A stretch of DNA of 64,000 bases from Candidatus Freyarchaeum deiterrae. GTDB taxonomy: Archaea > Asgardarchaeota > Jordiarchaeia > Jordiarchaeales > Jordiarchaeaceae. Positions 29,975-39,448 of this stretch are shown piece after piece. How positions within the stretch are numbered: position 1 is the first letter of the stretch; each line of letters opens with the position of its first letter. The translations under genes and the position numbers were made by a program. The notes under the pieces are model-generated. The model was not told the origin of the DNA. It ran no database searches and saw nothing but the letters and a program-made list of their open reading frames with translations. The stretch is taken from NCBI GenBank assembly GCA_037305845.1, contig CP147778.1, positions 1,376,001-1,440,000 on the forward strand, written 5' to 3'.

Positions 29975-30793
29975 ATGGTATTACCTCATCAAGAATTTCA
30001 AAAAAAACTAAAAGCTTACGAAACTTTTCAAGAAAAAATTAAGTCTAGGTCTTCTAACCTTTGGGTACTCGCTTCAGTATTCATATCTATTTCTTGGCTT
30101 ATATTTGCCCAAGGGATAGTATCCGCAGAAAGTATAGGATTATTCAAACTTTCATTGATCGCAATTGCCTCAATCTCAAGTTGCGTCCTACTGTCCGTAT
30201 ATACCTGTCACACTCACAGAAACAATAAGATGGATCAAGAAGGTCTAGAAAATATCGAAGTAGAACTAAATATGAACGTATTCGGAAATCAAGCAAACAA
30301 AATCCGTGAAAGTAAAATAACAAAAGTAGCCCATAACGCTATTTACATTCTAACAGGTATAATTTGTGCTACATGGTTTGTGTTCATTTTTGACAATTTA
30401 CTCAACCCTCCCATAGTTTCGACAATTACCCTTTCTACAAGCTATATTTTAACATCACTTCTTAATCCACAGATTCTATTCGTTTGGTCTGTAACCCAAA
30501 ACCTGTTTAATAAGCAACCTGACTTCCCAATTTTAATATTGGTATACATAGCAATGCCTATAGCTATTATTGTAGTAATAAGCGGCTTTTTTGGGTATTG
30601 TGAAAAAATAAAGAAGGAAGGAATAAAACCCACAATTTATATGTTTAAAGGAGATAACGATAAAAAAGTCTTAATCTTTGACTCGGGTGAAAATGTTTAC
30701 TGCTACTGTTATCCTTGGGATATGAACCGAGACGTTTTAGACCATCAGAAGAAAAACGAAAGGCCGGAGATATGGATAAAAAGTGATTGCTAA
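29975..30793 (+). CDS. Multi-pass membrane protein
   Basis: 4-5 hydrophobic segments; preceded by the RBS ggagtgg. Confidence 0.6.
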   Translation: MVLPHQEFQKKLKAYETFQEKIKSRSSNLWVLASVFISISWLIFAQGIVSAESIGLFKLSLIAIASISSCVLLSVYTCHTHRNNKMDQEGLENIEVELNMNVFGNQANKIRESKITKVAHNAIYILTGIICATWFVFIFDNLLNPPIVSTITLSTSYILTSLLNPQILFVWSVTQNLFNKQPDFPILILVYIAMPIAIIVVISGFFGYCEKIKKEGIKPTIYMFKGDNDKKVLIFDSGENVYCYCYPWDMNRDVLDHQKKNERPEIWIKSDC

Positions 30794-30973
30794 AAGCTAC
30801 TTTAGTACCCACATACTTATATCAACTAGTAATAAAATATGATTACTCTCTTTAATCTTATTTTCTATCTCCGAACATATATCGCCCTGATTTCGTTGAA
30901 AAATATCAGAGTTTTCACGATTTAAACAAAATCATTTTTGAAAAACGCTTCACTAAAAATCCAGCAACAAAAA

Positions 30974-31014
30974 TTACACACAATTCTTAAATATCCTCTC
31001 AATGGATAACCAAA
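30974..31014 (+). promoter_or_regulatory. Promoter/operator element upstream of leuS (copy 1 of a 41-bp repeat)
   Basis: TATA-like TTAAATA followed by a TATC-N9-GATA palindrome; 35/41 identical to 41007..41047. Confidence 0.55.
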
Positions 31015-31047
31015 CTAGTAACACATAACCCTCAAGAGCGAATACGT

Positions 31048-33879
31048 ATGGACTGGAATCAAATAGAAAAAAAATGGCAAGACAAATGGAAAGAAGCAAA
31101 AATATTCCAAGCAACCCCGCCACCAAAGAACAAAAGAAAAGGAAAACAAAAGCAAGGAGTACTATGCACATTCCCCTATCCATACATGAATTTGACTTTG
31201 CATTTGGGTCATGCTTTGACCTGTTTGCGTGTTGATATTTATGCTCGTTTTAAGCGTATGCAGGGTTTTAATGTTCTTTTTCCTTTTGCTTTTCATTATA
31301 CTGGTGAGCCTATTGTGGGTGTGGCTAAGCGTGTTGCTGAGGGTGATGAGAAGCAGATTGATATTCTGGTTAGGAGTGGTGTGCCGCGGAGTGAGATGGG
31401 TAAGTTTAAGGATCCGAAATACATCGGGGATTATTATAGGGGCGAGGCTACAGAGGCTGTTAATAGGATTGGGTTTAGTGTTGATTGGCGGCGGCAGTTT
31501 ACGACTGTTGATCCTCCTTATAACAAGTTTATAGAGTGGCAGTATTGGACTTTGCGTGATAAGGGCTATGTGGTTTTGGGTACTCATCCGGTTGTTTGGT
31601 GCCCTCGGGATCTTTCTCCTACGGGTGATCATGATCGACTGGTGGGTGAGGGTGTTTCTCCCATCGAGTATACTTTGTTGAAGTTTGAGTGTGATGGTGC
31701 TTTTCTTGTTGCTGCTACTCTGCGTCCTGAGACTGTTTTTGGTGTTACTAATATGTGGTTGAATCCGGATGCGGTTTATGTTCGTGTTAGTGTTGATGGT
31801 GAGGAGTGGATTGTTAGTGAGGCGGCGGTTCAGAAGCTGCGGGATCAGCTTCACGAGATTGAGGTTTTGGATGAATTTGAGGGACGGAAGTTTATTGGTA
31901 AGTCCTGCCGTAATGTGATAGTAGGTAATGATGTTCCTATTTTGCCAGCTTCTTTTGTTGATCCGCTTAATGCTTCGGGTGTGGTTATGAGTGTCCCTAG
32001 TCATGCTCCTTTTGACTGGGCGGCTATCGCTGATTTGCGTAGGCATCCTGAGATTTTAGAGGAGTATGGTATTGATCCGCATGTGGTGGAGGAGTTGGAG
32101 CCTGTTTCTTTGATTGAGACTGAGGGTTTGGGTGAGCATCCTGCGGTAGAGCTTGTTGAGGCGGCGGGTATTAGTGATCAGAATGATGAGCGGTTAGAGG
32201 AGATAACTAAGGAGGTTTATCGGAAGGAGTTTCATAAGGGTGTTCTTAGGGAGGTTACTGGTAAGTATGCGGGGCGTGGTGTTAGTGAGGTTAAGAAGGA
32301 GTTGATTGCGGATTTTGTGGATGAGGGTAAGGCGAGTAGTTTGTGGGAGACTGCGGAACCCGTGATTTGTCGTTGCAATACGCGTACTATTGTTAAGATT
32401 TTGGAGAATCAGTGGTTTTTGAAGTATAGTGATACGGAGTGGAAGGCGAGGGTTAGGGAGCTTATGGGGCGTATGGTTATTGTTCCGGATGAGGCGAGGA
32501 GTGCTTTTGAGTATACTGTGGATTGGTTGGAGGATAAGGCGTGTGTGAGGAAGAGTGGATTAGGTACTAGGCTTCCTTGGGATCCGGAGTGGATTGTGGA
32601 GACTCTGTCGGATTCTACGATTTACATGGCTTTCTACACGATTGCTAATTACATTTATGGTTTGGGGGTTCCTGCTGAGAAGTTGATTCGTGAGGTTTTT
32701 GATTATGTTTTGTTGGGTAAGGGTGTTGTGGATGAGGTTGCGGGTAAGAGTGGTTTGGATGAGGAGCTTTTGGAGAGTATGCGGGATGAGTTTGAGTACT
32801 GGTATCCTGTGGCTCTCAGGAATTCGGCTAAGGAGCTGATTTTTAATCACTTGACATTTTTCTTGTTTCAGCATGTGGCTATTTGGCCTGAGGATAAGTG
32901 GCCTCTGATGGTGGGGGCTAATGGTATGATTCAGATTGAGGGGCAGAAGATGAGTAAGTCTCGGGGGATTTTTATTACTATGAAGGAGGCTTTGGATCAG
33001 TATAATGCGGATCCCACTCGTGTGGAGTTGGCTTATTCTGCGGAGGGGCTTACTGATCCGGATTGGAGGGTTCAGGAGGTTGTGAGTCTTCGTAGGAGGC
33101 TGGAGATGTTTTATGATTTTGCTACCGAGCTTCCTGAGACGAAGGCTTTGGACCGGGATATTGACCGCTGGCTTTCGAGTAAGCTTAATAGACGTATTAA
33201 AGCGGCTACTGATTACTTTGAGGTTATGAGGAATCGCTCCGCTCTTCAGGAGTGCTTTTTCGATTTGTGGAATGATATTCGCTGGTATATGAAGCGGACT
33301 GATGAGTATTCCGATGTTTTGAGGTTCACTTTGGAGGCTATGACTCTGATGCTTGCTCCTGTGGCGCCTCACATCTGTGAGGAAATCTGGGAGAAAACAG
33401 GTCATAAAAAATTCATTGTTCAGGCATCTTGGCCGGTTTATGATGAGAAGTGTTGCGATGAAGAGTTGGAGATTGAGGAGAATCTTATCGGTAGCATCAT
33501 TGGGGATGTTAAGGAGATTCTCAAGGTAACTAGAATTGAGAAGCCGTCCAAGATTGTTCTTTTCATGGCTCCGAGTTGGAAGTATAGGATTCTGGAGGAG
33601 TCGATTAAGAGCAGGGAAGATTTGATTAAGAGGGTTATGATGGATTCTGAGGTTAAGAAGCAGGGCAAGTCGGCAGCGGATTATGCGCAAAAACTGCTTA
33701 AGAATCCTCGTTACCAGTTGATGGCTCCGGAAAAGGAGTATCAGACTCTCGTAGAGGCAAAAGATTTTCTTGCCAAAGAGCTTGGAGCGAATATTGAGAT
33801 CCTGAAGGCTGAAGAGTCAAAGCATGAGAAGGCCAAAGTCGCAGAGCCTATGAAGCCAGGGGTTCTTATAGAAACATAA
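31048..33879 (+). CDS. leuS: Leucine--tRNA ligase (archaeal type)
   Basis: PYPYMN..LHLGH (HIGH motif), KMSKS, editing-domain TLRPET, and C-terminal AEPMKP. Confidence 0.95.
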   Translation: MDWNQIEKKWQDKWKEAKIFQATPPPKNKRKGKQKQGVLCTFPYPYMNLTLHLGHALTCLRVDIYARFKRMQGFNVLFPFAFHYTGEPIVGVAKRVAEGDEKQIDILVRSGVPRSEMGKFKDPKYIGDYYRGEATEAVNRIGFSVDWRRQFTTVDPPYNKFIEWQYWTLRDKGYVVLGTHPVVWCPRDLSPTGDHDRLVGEGVSPIEYTLLKFECDGAFLVAATLRPETVFGVTNMWLNPDAVYVRVSVDGEEWIVSEAAVQKLRDQLHEIEVLDEFEGRKFIGKSCRNVIVGNDVPILPASFVDPLNASGVVMSVPSHAPFDWAAIADLRRHPEILEEYGIDPHVVEELEPVSLIETEGLGEHPAVELVEAAGISDQNDERLEEITKEVYRKEFHKGVLREVTGKYAGRGVSEVKKELIADFVDEGKASSLWETAEPVICRCNTRTIVKILENQWFLKYSDTEWKARVRELMGRMVIVPDEARSAFEYTVDWLEDKACVRKSGLGTRLPWDPEWIVETLSDSTIYMAFYTIANYIYGLGVPAEKLIREVFDYVLLGKGVVDEVAGKSGLDEELLESMRDEFEYWYPVALRNSAKELIFNHLTFFLFQHVAIWPEDKWPLMVGANGMIQIEGQKMSKSRGIFITMKEALDQYNADPTRVELAYSAEGLTDPDWRVQEVVSLRRRLEMFYDFATELPETKALDRDIDRWLSSKLNRRIKAATDYFEVMRNRSALQECFFDLWNDIRWYMKRTDEYSDVLRFTLEAMTLMLAPVAPHICEEIWEKTGHKKFIVQASWPVYDEKCCDEELEIEENLIGSIIGDVKEILKVTRIEKPSKIVLFMAPSWKYRILEESIKSREDLIKRVMMDSEVKKQGKSAADYAQKLLKNPRYQLMAPEKEYQTLVEAKDFLAKELGANIEILKAEESKHEKAKVAEPMKPGVLIET

Positions 33880-33980
33880 CAAAATCTTTCTTTATTGGAT
33901 TTTATCCGGAAAAATTGAAGCCCATGCAACCTTTTTTATTATTTTGGAAATGTACAAAAAGGTACTGAAAAAATGAGGAG

Positions 33981-35546
33981 TTATTTTTTTGGCCAGGTTA
34001 CTGTTTGGGGGACTTCGGGGAGTTTGTCGCCTATGTACTTTTTGATTTTTTTTGGCCAGTCGTCATAGTTGAATCCGTGGCGAATTAGGTTGACGTATGC
34101 GAATCTTGATGGTCCTATGCCTACGCAGCCAGTGTAGACTGTTTTTCGGGTTTTGTCTCGGAAGTGGAATCTTTTTGCGTAGAAGTCGGTGTGTACGTGG
34201 AAGCTGGCGATTTCTAGTTCGGCTTCGGGTCGGCTTTTGGTTTCGAAGGGTAGTATTACTGTGAGGTCGTAGGTTTTAACGAATTCTTCTTTTTCCTTTT
34301 TTTCTTCTGTAATTCCGGCGTGTTCTAGGTATACAGCGGTGGTTGCGTCTACTCGGTATTCAAGGTCTAGGTCTTTGTCTACAATGATTTTTGCTTTTTC
34401 GAGTATTTGGTCTCTGATTTCTATGGTTTTTTCGGGTGGTGCCATGTAGACGAATTCTATTCTGTGGAATTCGTTTAGGCGTTCTAGTCCTTTTAGTCCT
34501 CCTCCCTCCCATCGCCAAGTGGGTCCGTTTTTGTCATATAGCTTTATAGGGTTTTTTCCCAGTTCCTCTACGTCTACTATTTCTTGGGAGAATAGTTCAT
34601 AGAAGGGTTCACATTGTGCGTAGGCTAGTCCGAACGTTGGGGGGCGGAGTTTTTTCTGTAAGAGTTCTACGGGAGGGGTTCCAGTTATTTCCGCGTAGTC
34701 TAGGATCTCTTCGAATTCTTTGGGGTCTCGGGATATTGGGGGGCAGGCCCATATTATTTCGTTGGCTATTCCGAAATGTCCCTTTCTCATCTCTACGTCG
34801 AGTGGGATTAGTCGAGGTAGAATAACTTCTTTGAAGCCTAGGGGTTTAGCGATTTCTTCGACCACCATGCTTTCCACGGCTCGAATGAGTGCTGCGTAGG
34901 GGGGCATTATCTGCCAGATGCCCGCTCCTAGGAATTCTTTAACCCACCCTAGTTTGATCGCTGTTTCGGTTGGATCCTCTCGGAACTTGTATTTTTGTAG
35001 GCCTTTATTGCTCCTTTCCACTGTGCGGGTGAATTCAGCCTTTCCCGTGATGTGTTGAGCAGCAATTTTTTCTTCGAGTCGCCGCAGTAGACGGTCGGGG
35101 TAGTTTCTTTTGAGCTCACTTTCGTCCATTTCCACCATAGTAATGTAAGCCTTTTTGTCTTCGATTTTTAATTGCTTGGTGAAGGGCAGTGTTAAGGGCT
35201 CTAAGGGTTCTTTTTCGAGCTCGGCTTCAATCTGGTACTCTGTAGCAACCGTTTTTCGAACACCAACATGGTATTTCTCTCCTAAGAGCTCGGATAGGGA
35301 GTTTGATAGTCTGAGTACCGCGGCGTGTGCTCTCACATACCTGCCGCTGATTATTTGCAGTTCTACTTTATTACCCTTCAGAGTCCATCTTGTTACTTCT
35401 GCTCCCTCGGACTCCTTCCCTTTGGGGGCTCCTTTTTTGAGCACTTTTTCGTTAGCGTCATCAAAAAAGGCCTTTAATTCATTTTGAGCTTCTTTGGGTA
35501 GATTATCGCTAAGTTCAAGGTAACCATTCAATTTTAAAAGCAACAT
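33981..35546 (-). CDS. serS: Serine--tRNA ligase, type 2 (methanogen-type)
   Basis: N-terminal 'SGRYVRAHAAVLRL'; Zn-ligand motifs YAQCEPF, NEFHRIE and TGCVGIG. ATG 35546 follows the RBS GAGGTGA. Confidence 0.88.
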   Translation of the reverse strand: MLLLKLNGYLELSDNLPKEAQNELKAFFDDANEKVLKKGAPKGKESEGAEVTRWTLKGNKVELQIISGRYVRAHAAVLRLSNSLSELLGEKYHVGVRKTVATEYQIEAELEKEPLEPLTLPFTKQLKIEDKKAYITMVEMDESELKRNYPDRLLRRLEEKIAAQHITGKAEFTRTVERSNKGLQKYKFREDPTETAIKLGWVKEFLGAGIWQIMPPYAALIRAVESMVVEEIAKPLGFKEVILPRLIPLDVEMRKGHFGIANEIIWACPPISRDPKEFEEILDYAEITGTPPVELLQKKLRPPTFGLAYAQCEPFYELFSQEIVDVEELGKNPIKLYDKNGPTWRWEGGGLKGLERLNEFHRIEFVYMAPPEKTIEIRDQILEKAKIIVDKDLDLEYRVDATTAVYLEHAGITEEKKEKEEFVKTYDLTVILPFETKSRPEAELEIASFHVHTDFYAKRFHFRDKTRKTVYTGCVGIGPSRFAYVNLIRHGFNYDDWPKKIKKYIGDKLPEVPQTVTWPKK

Positions 35547-35733
35547 CCTCACCTCTTGAGTAGAAAAAAATCTGAATTTACCCCAGCAAGAGAAAACATA
35601 GATTGATTGGTGCTTCAATGATTGTTAATTATGTATTGCTGAAATCTCCTTTTTAGAGGGATTACAGTGTACCCACTTGAAAAGGCAGTGTATAAAAACG
35701 TTTTGGAAAGGAAGGCTTTTTCGTTGTTTGAAT

Positions 35734-36165
35734 TTAGGGAACTTCAGCAGTCGGTGTCATGATGGTGTACTTTACTAGTTTAACACCCTTGAGGGCAAGG
35801 AGTTCATTGTTTAGTTTTTCAACATCCTTTACGTTTCCTCTTACTGCCAGAACTATCATACATTCCCTCTCATCTAGGTGAACATGCATCGAAGACGCGA
35901 CGAGGTTAATGTTTTTATGCTCTAGTTCGGTGATTTCATCCATTATTCCTGTGACTTCATGGTCCAGTATAATGGTTATGGAGCCCGCCATTGAGCCCGC
36001 ACTGTTATGCATCCAAGTGTAGTTTACTATGAAGTCTCGCATCGCCTTGCGTATTGCGTCTGACCTGCCTTGTATTCCAAGTATCTCAGTCACCTTATCA
36101 AAGTCTTTGAGCAAGTCTTCCGGAAGAGAGACACTGAAACGAATAACTTTTTCCGTTTCTGTCAA
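35734..36165 (-). CDS. nikR: Nickel-responsive regulator NikR
   Basis: RFSVSLP RHH start, RSDAIR, and the H...HVHLD..C nickel site. Confidence 0.9.
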   Translation of the reverse strand: MTETEKVIRFSVSLPEDLLKDFDKVTEILGIQGRSDAIRKAMRDFIVNYTWMHNSAGSMAGSITIILDHEVTGIMDEITELEHKNINLVASSMHVHLDERECMIVLAVRGNVKDVEKLNNELLALKGVKLVKYTIMTPTAEVP

Positions 36166-36187
36166 GGTTTCGACCGCCGATGATTTT

Positions 36188-37948
36188 TTAGGAAAGCAAG
36201 TTGAGGATGGTTAGAGCATAGATTTTGGCTGCTGTGAGCAACTCATCTACAGATATACTCTCGTTAGCGGCGTGAGCTTCCTTAGAATCTCCCGGCCCAA
36301 AAACTGCTGTGGGAATGCCGCGTAGAATGCATTGTTTGGCCACTGTAGCGCCTCCTATTCCGATAAGCTTCGGTGAGCTTCCTATTACTTCCTGAACTAC
36401 ATTTGCAAGTACCCTAACAACGGGGTCTTCAGGGGATACTTCTGTGGGAGGGTCTGAAGCTATAGGTTCTATGGTGACCTCCAATTCTGGATTCTCCCTC
36501 TTGACGCTCTTCACTAACTCACGCAGTTCGTTCACTATCTGTTTAGGTTCTTGGGAAGGTAAATATCTAATGTCCACTTTGGCTTCAGCGGAAGCTGGAA
36601 TCATATTAGTGGCTATTCCGCCCTGAATGGTTCCCACATTTATGGTTGGAGTATTAAATAATGGATGTTCAACATATTCCATTTTTAGATTTTCTATTCG
36701 GGCTAAAACTTTTGAAAGATTCACAATCGCGTTAGCACCCTTTTCAGGCATACTACCGTGACCCTGCGTACCCGTGCTCCTCAACTTAACCCATAATCGT
36801 CCTTTCTCCGCTATCTCGATTGATTTACTCTTGGTCTGTTCAGCCACCAGAGCATAGTCGGCAGTCAGCCCCCTCTCGTTTAATAGGTATTTTATGCCAA
36901 GCTCATTTCCAGTTTCCTCATCCGCCACAGCAACAAACATTAGACGCCCTCTGATAGGGAAATTAAACTCCTTAAGTGCCTGGAGGGCGAGAAGAACAGA
37001 GGCTGCAGGACCCTTATCATCCACCGAACCCCTACCGGCTATTCTACCATCAGTAGGAGTTGCCTTAAAGGGGTCATATATCCATCCATCTCCCGGTGGT
37101 ACTACATCAAGATGAGTTATAATCATTAAAGCGGGTGAAGCTCCCTTATCAATCCAACCCACCACATTGGTTCTACCACTCTCCTTCTCATAAGTCTCAG
37201 TGTGCAACCCAATCCTGTACAGTTCTCCCTGAACAACATCCGCGGCAAGCTTCTCGTTACCCGGTGGGTTAACAGAATGAGCAGTAATCAAATCCCCAAG
37301 AAGGTGTAAAAGATATTCCCTACGCTGATCAATGAATCCTAAGACCTTGCTTTTAACCTCGGGAACCACCACGCCCTTCGTTACTGAGGAGGGTTTCTCT
37401 TCAATACCCAACAAACGTCGAGCGATGCTTTGAAATGCCATGCTCACCTTATCGCCGGTCTTAGCACTAGTTTCTATATAGGGAGCTCCTAAACTTCTTG
37501 CAAACCTCTCAGCCTCTTGCTGAGAAACTACACGCGCACTGGCAAGATCATTCTTGTTTCCGATTATAACAATCGGCACCTCGCCGCAAACATTAAACAA
37601 GTCCTTCTGCCAAGCAGAAACATTCTTAAAAGACTTTGTGTCGGTGAGGTCAAAAACAATTATACCACCCTTAGAACCTTGATAAAAAAAGGATCTAAGA
37701 TGAGAAAATGAAGGCTGCCCACCAAGATCCCAGACCTGCAAAGTCACAATGGAATCTGCCACATTCATAGTATGAGCAGCGAACGAGGTTCCCAAGGTCA
37801 TCTTGTAATCTTCGGAGAACCTGTTTTCGGTCAATCTCACTATTAGGCTTGTCTTACCCACACCGCCATCTCCAACTACTACGACTTTGAATGCGTATTC
37901 TTCTTGTTTGGAGCTCATGTCCAGTCCACCCCTTTTTTCTTTTGCCAT
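36188..37948 (-). CDS. Rab-like small GTPase fused to an M20 (ArgE/DapE) metallopeptidase
   Basis: G motifs GDGGVGKT, WDLGGQ, NKND and ETSAK, then M20 motifs THLDVVP, GRGSVDDKG, DEE and AHAANE in one frame. Confidence 0.85.
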   Translation of the reverse strand: MAKEKRGGLDMSSKQEEYAFKVVVVGDGGVGKTSLIVRLTENRFSEDYKMTLGTSFAAHTMNVADSIVTLQVWDLGGQPSFSHLRSFFYQGSKGGIIVFDLTDTKSFKNVSAWQKDLFNVCGEVPIVIIGNKNDLASARVVSQQEAERFARSLGAPYIETSAKTGDKVSMAFQSIARRLLGIEEKPSSVTKGVVVPEVKSKVLGFIDQRREYLLHLLGDLITAHSVNPPGNEKLAADVVQGELYRIGLHTETYEKESGRTNVVGWIDKGASPALMIITHLDVVPPGDGWIYDPFKATPTDGRIAGRGSVDDKGPAASVLLALQALKEFNFPIRGRLMFVAVADEETGNELGIKYLLNERGLTADYALVAEQTKSKSIEIAEKGRLWVKLRSTGTQGHGSMPEKGANAIVNLSKVLARIENLKMEYVEHPLFNTPTINVGTIQGGIATNMIPASAEAKVDIRYLPSQEPKQIVNELRELVKSVKRENPELEVTIEPIASDPPTEVSPEDPVVRVLANVVQEVIGSSPKLIGIGGATVAKQCILRGIPTAVFGPGDSKEAHAANESISVDELLTAAKIYALTILNLLS

Positions 37949-38291
37949 TTTTTTCTGGTCTGTGATTATTTAATTATTTTTTTGGGTATATATTGTTTTA
38001 GTTTTTTTAACGTATATTTTTAGCGGTTACTTGATTTTAATATCAAATCTTAATTTTAGTAAAGTTAGATATCCGAGCTAAAAGTCATTTATAGCGTGTT
38101 TTTGTCGTTGTTGTGGTTGGGAAAGGTCGTGCGGTTGCAATAACCCTTCTCTCATAGTGCTCTAAACTGGGAGTTTTTATGGATTATAAGCTTGTTGAGG
38201 ATATAACTAAAATTTTGTTTTGGGAAGGAAAATGAAAAATTTTTATTAAGTAGGGAGTTTAGAAAGAATTATAGTTTATTTTTTAGAAGAA

Positions 38292-39245
38292 TTGAAGGTG
38301 TTTGATTTGTCAGTTGAGAAGCAGCTTTTGATTTGTGGTGCTGGGCCAGCTGGTTTAAGCGCCGCTATTTATGCTGGTAGGTTTGGTTTGGATACGGTGG
38401 TCTTGGAGGAGAAGGTTTCTGGTGGTCAGGCAGCCATGGCCGCTAATGTTGAGAACTATCCCGGATTTACTAGTATCAGGGGAATGGAGCTGATGGATGT
38501 CATGAGGAAACAGGCTGAGCAGAGCGGTAGTGAGATTCGGGATTTGGTGCCTGTTAAGAAAATTGAGAGAGAAGGAGAGAAATTTAAGATTGTCTCACAG
38601 ACAGATACGTATATAGTGGATGCAGTTATTATTGCAACTGGACGTGAACACACCAAGCTTGGTGTGCCGGGGGAGGAAAGGCTTACTGGTAGGGGTGTTA
38701 GCTACTGTGCGACCTGTGACGGCCCCCTGTTTAAGGGTAAAAGGGTGCTTGTTGTTGGTGGCGGGAACACCGCTTGCTCTGAGGCATTGTATCTGAGTGA
38801 GATTGCGGGTAAGGTGCATATGGCTCACAGGAGGGATGACCTAAGGGCGGAAGCCTATTACAAAAGAGTCTTGCAGGATAGGGAGGTTCATATTCACTGG
38901 AACACTGAAGTAAAGGAGATTGAGGGAGATAAAATTGTAAAGAGGATTCGTCTCTTCAATAATAAAACGGGAGAGGAGATTTTGTTGGATGTCGATGCGG
39001 TGTTTATAGCAGTGGGCTATGAACCTATGAGTGAAATTGCGAGAGAAGCTGGAGTCGAAGTAGACAACGAGGGGTATATAATAGTTGATAGAGAGCAGAA
39101 AACAAACGTAGAGGGAATTTTCGCCGCTGGAGATGTTACGGGTGGTGGTGTCTTTCAGATTGCTAAAGCAGTTGGTGAAGGAACTACGGCGGCAATAAAC
39201 GCCTACCTGTATATCAGAGGCGGTTGGTATGCTACCAAAGAATGA
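38292..39245 (+). CDS. trxB: Thioredoxin reductase
   Basis: GAGPAG, VSYCATCDG, GGGNTA and FAAGD. Confidence 0.9.
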   Translation: MKVFDLSVEKQLLICGAGPAGLSAAIYAGRFGLDTVVLEEKVSGGQAAMAANVENYPGFTSIRGMELMDVMRKQAEQSGSEIRDLVPVKKIEREGEKFKIVSQTDTYIVDAVIIATGREHTKLGVPGEERLTGRGVSYCATCDGPLFKGKRVLVVGGGNTACSEALYLSEIAGKVHMAHRRDDLRAEAYYKRVLQDREVHIHWNTEVKEIEGDKIVKRIRLFNNKTGEEILLDVDAVFIAVGYEPMSEIAREAGVEVDNEGYIIVDREQKTNVEGIFAAGDVTGGGVFQIAKAVGEGTTAAINAYLYIRGGWYATKE

Positions 39246-39448
39246 AGCGTTTTTATAACAGAATGAGTGGGTTCAATCCTTTTTCACATGTTCTGCGAGT
39301 TCTATATTTTTCTAAGTTCAACGGTAGTAAAAAGTTACTTATGGTAGGATTGGATAAAATTCTCAAAAATTAGGCCTTCGTGATAACTGAACAGTCCAGC
39401 GCTTTTAGCTGAGATTTTATAGGGAGGATGTAAGTTAATTTGAAAGAT

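Larger units (their letters stand above)
22246..30793. other. AT-rich accessory (putative defence) island; no integrase or att site seen
   Basis: Visibly lower GC than the flanking acyl-CoA dehydrogenase and leuS genes; contains only hypothetical or nuclease-like genes. Confidence 0.6.

Noticed and set aside
22000-31000. Provirus, IS element or integrative element
   Set aside because: No integrase, transposase, capsid or replication gene and no att or terminal repeats seen.
31162-33690. Long antisense ORFs (294 and 376 aa) opposite leuS
   Set aside because: Probably by-products of the extreme G+T bias in leuS; their compositions (H/N/P/I/T/L-rich) are not protein-like.
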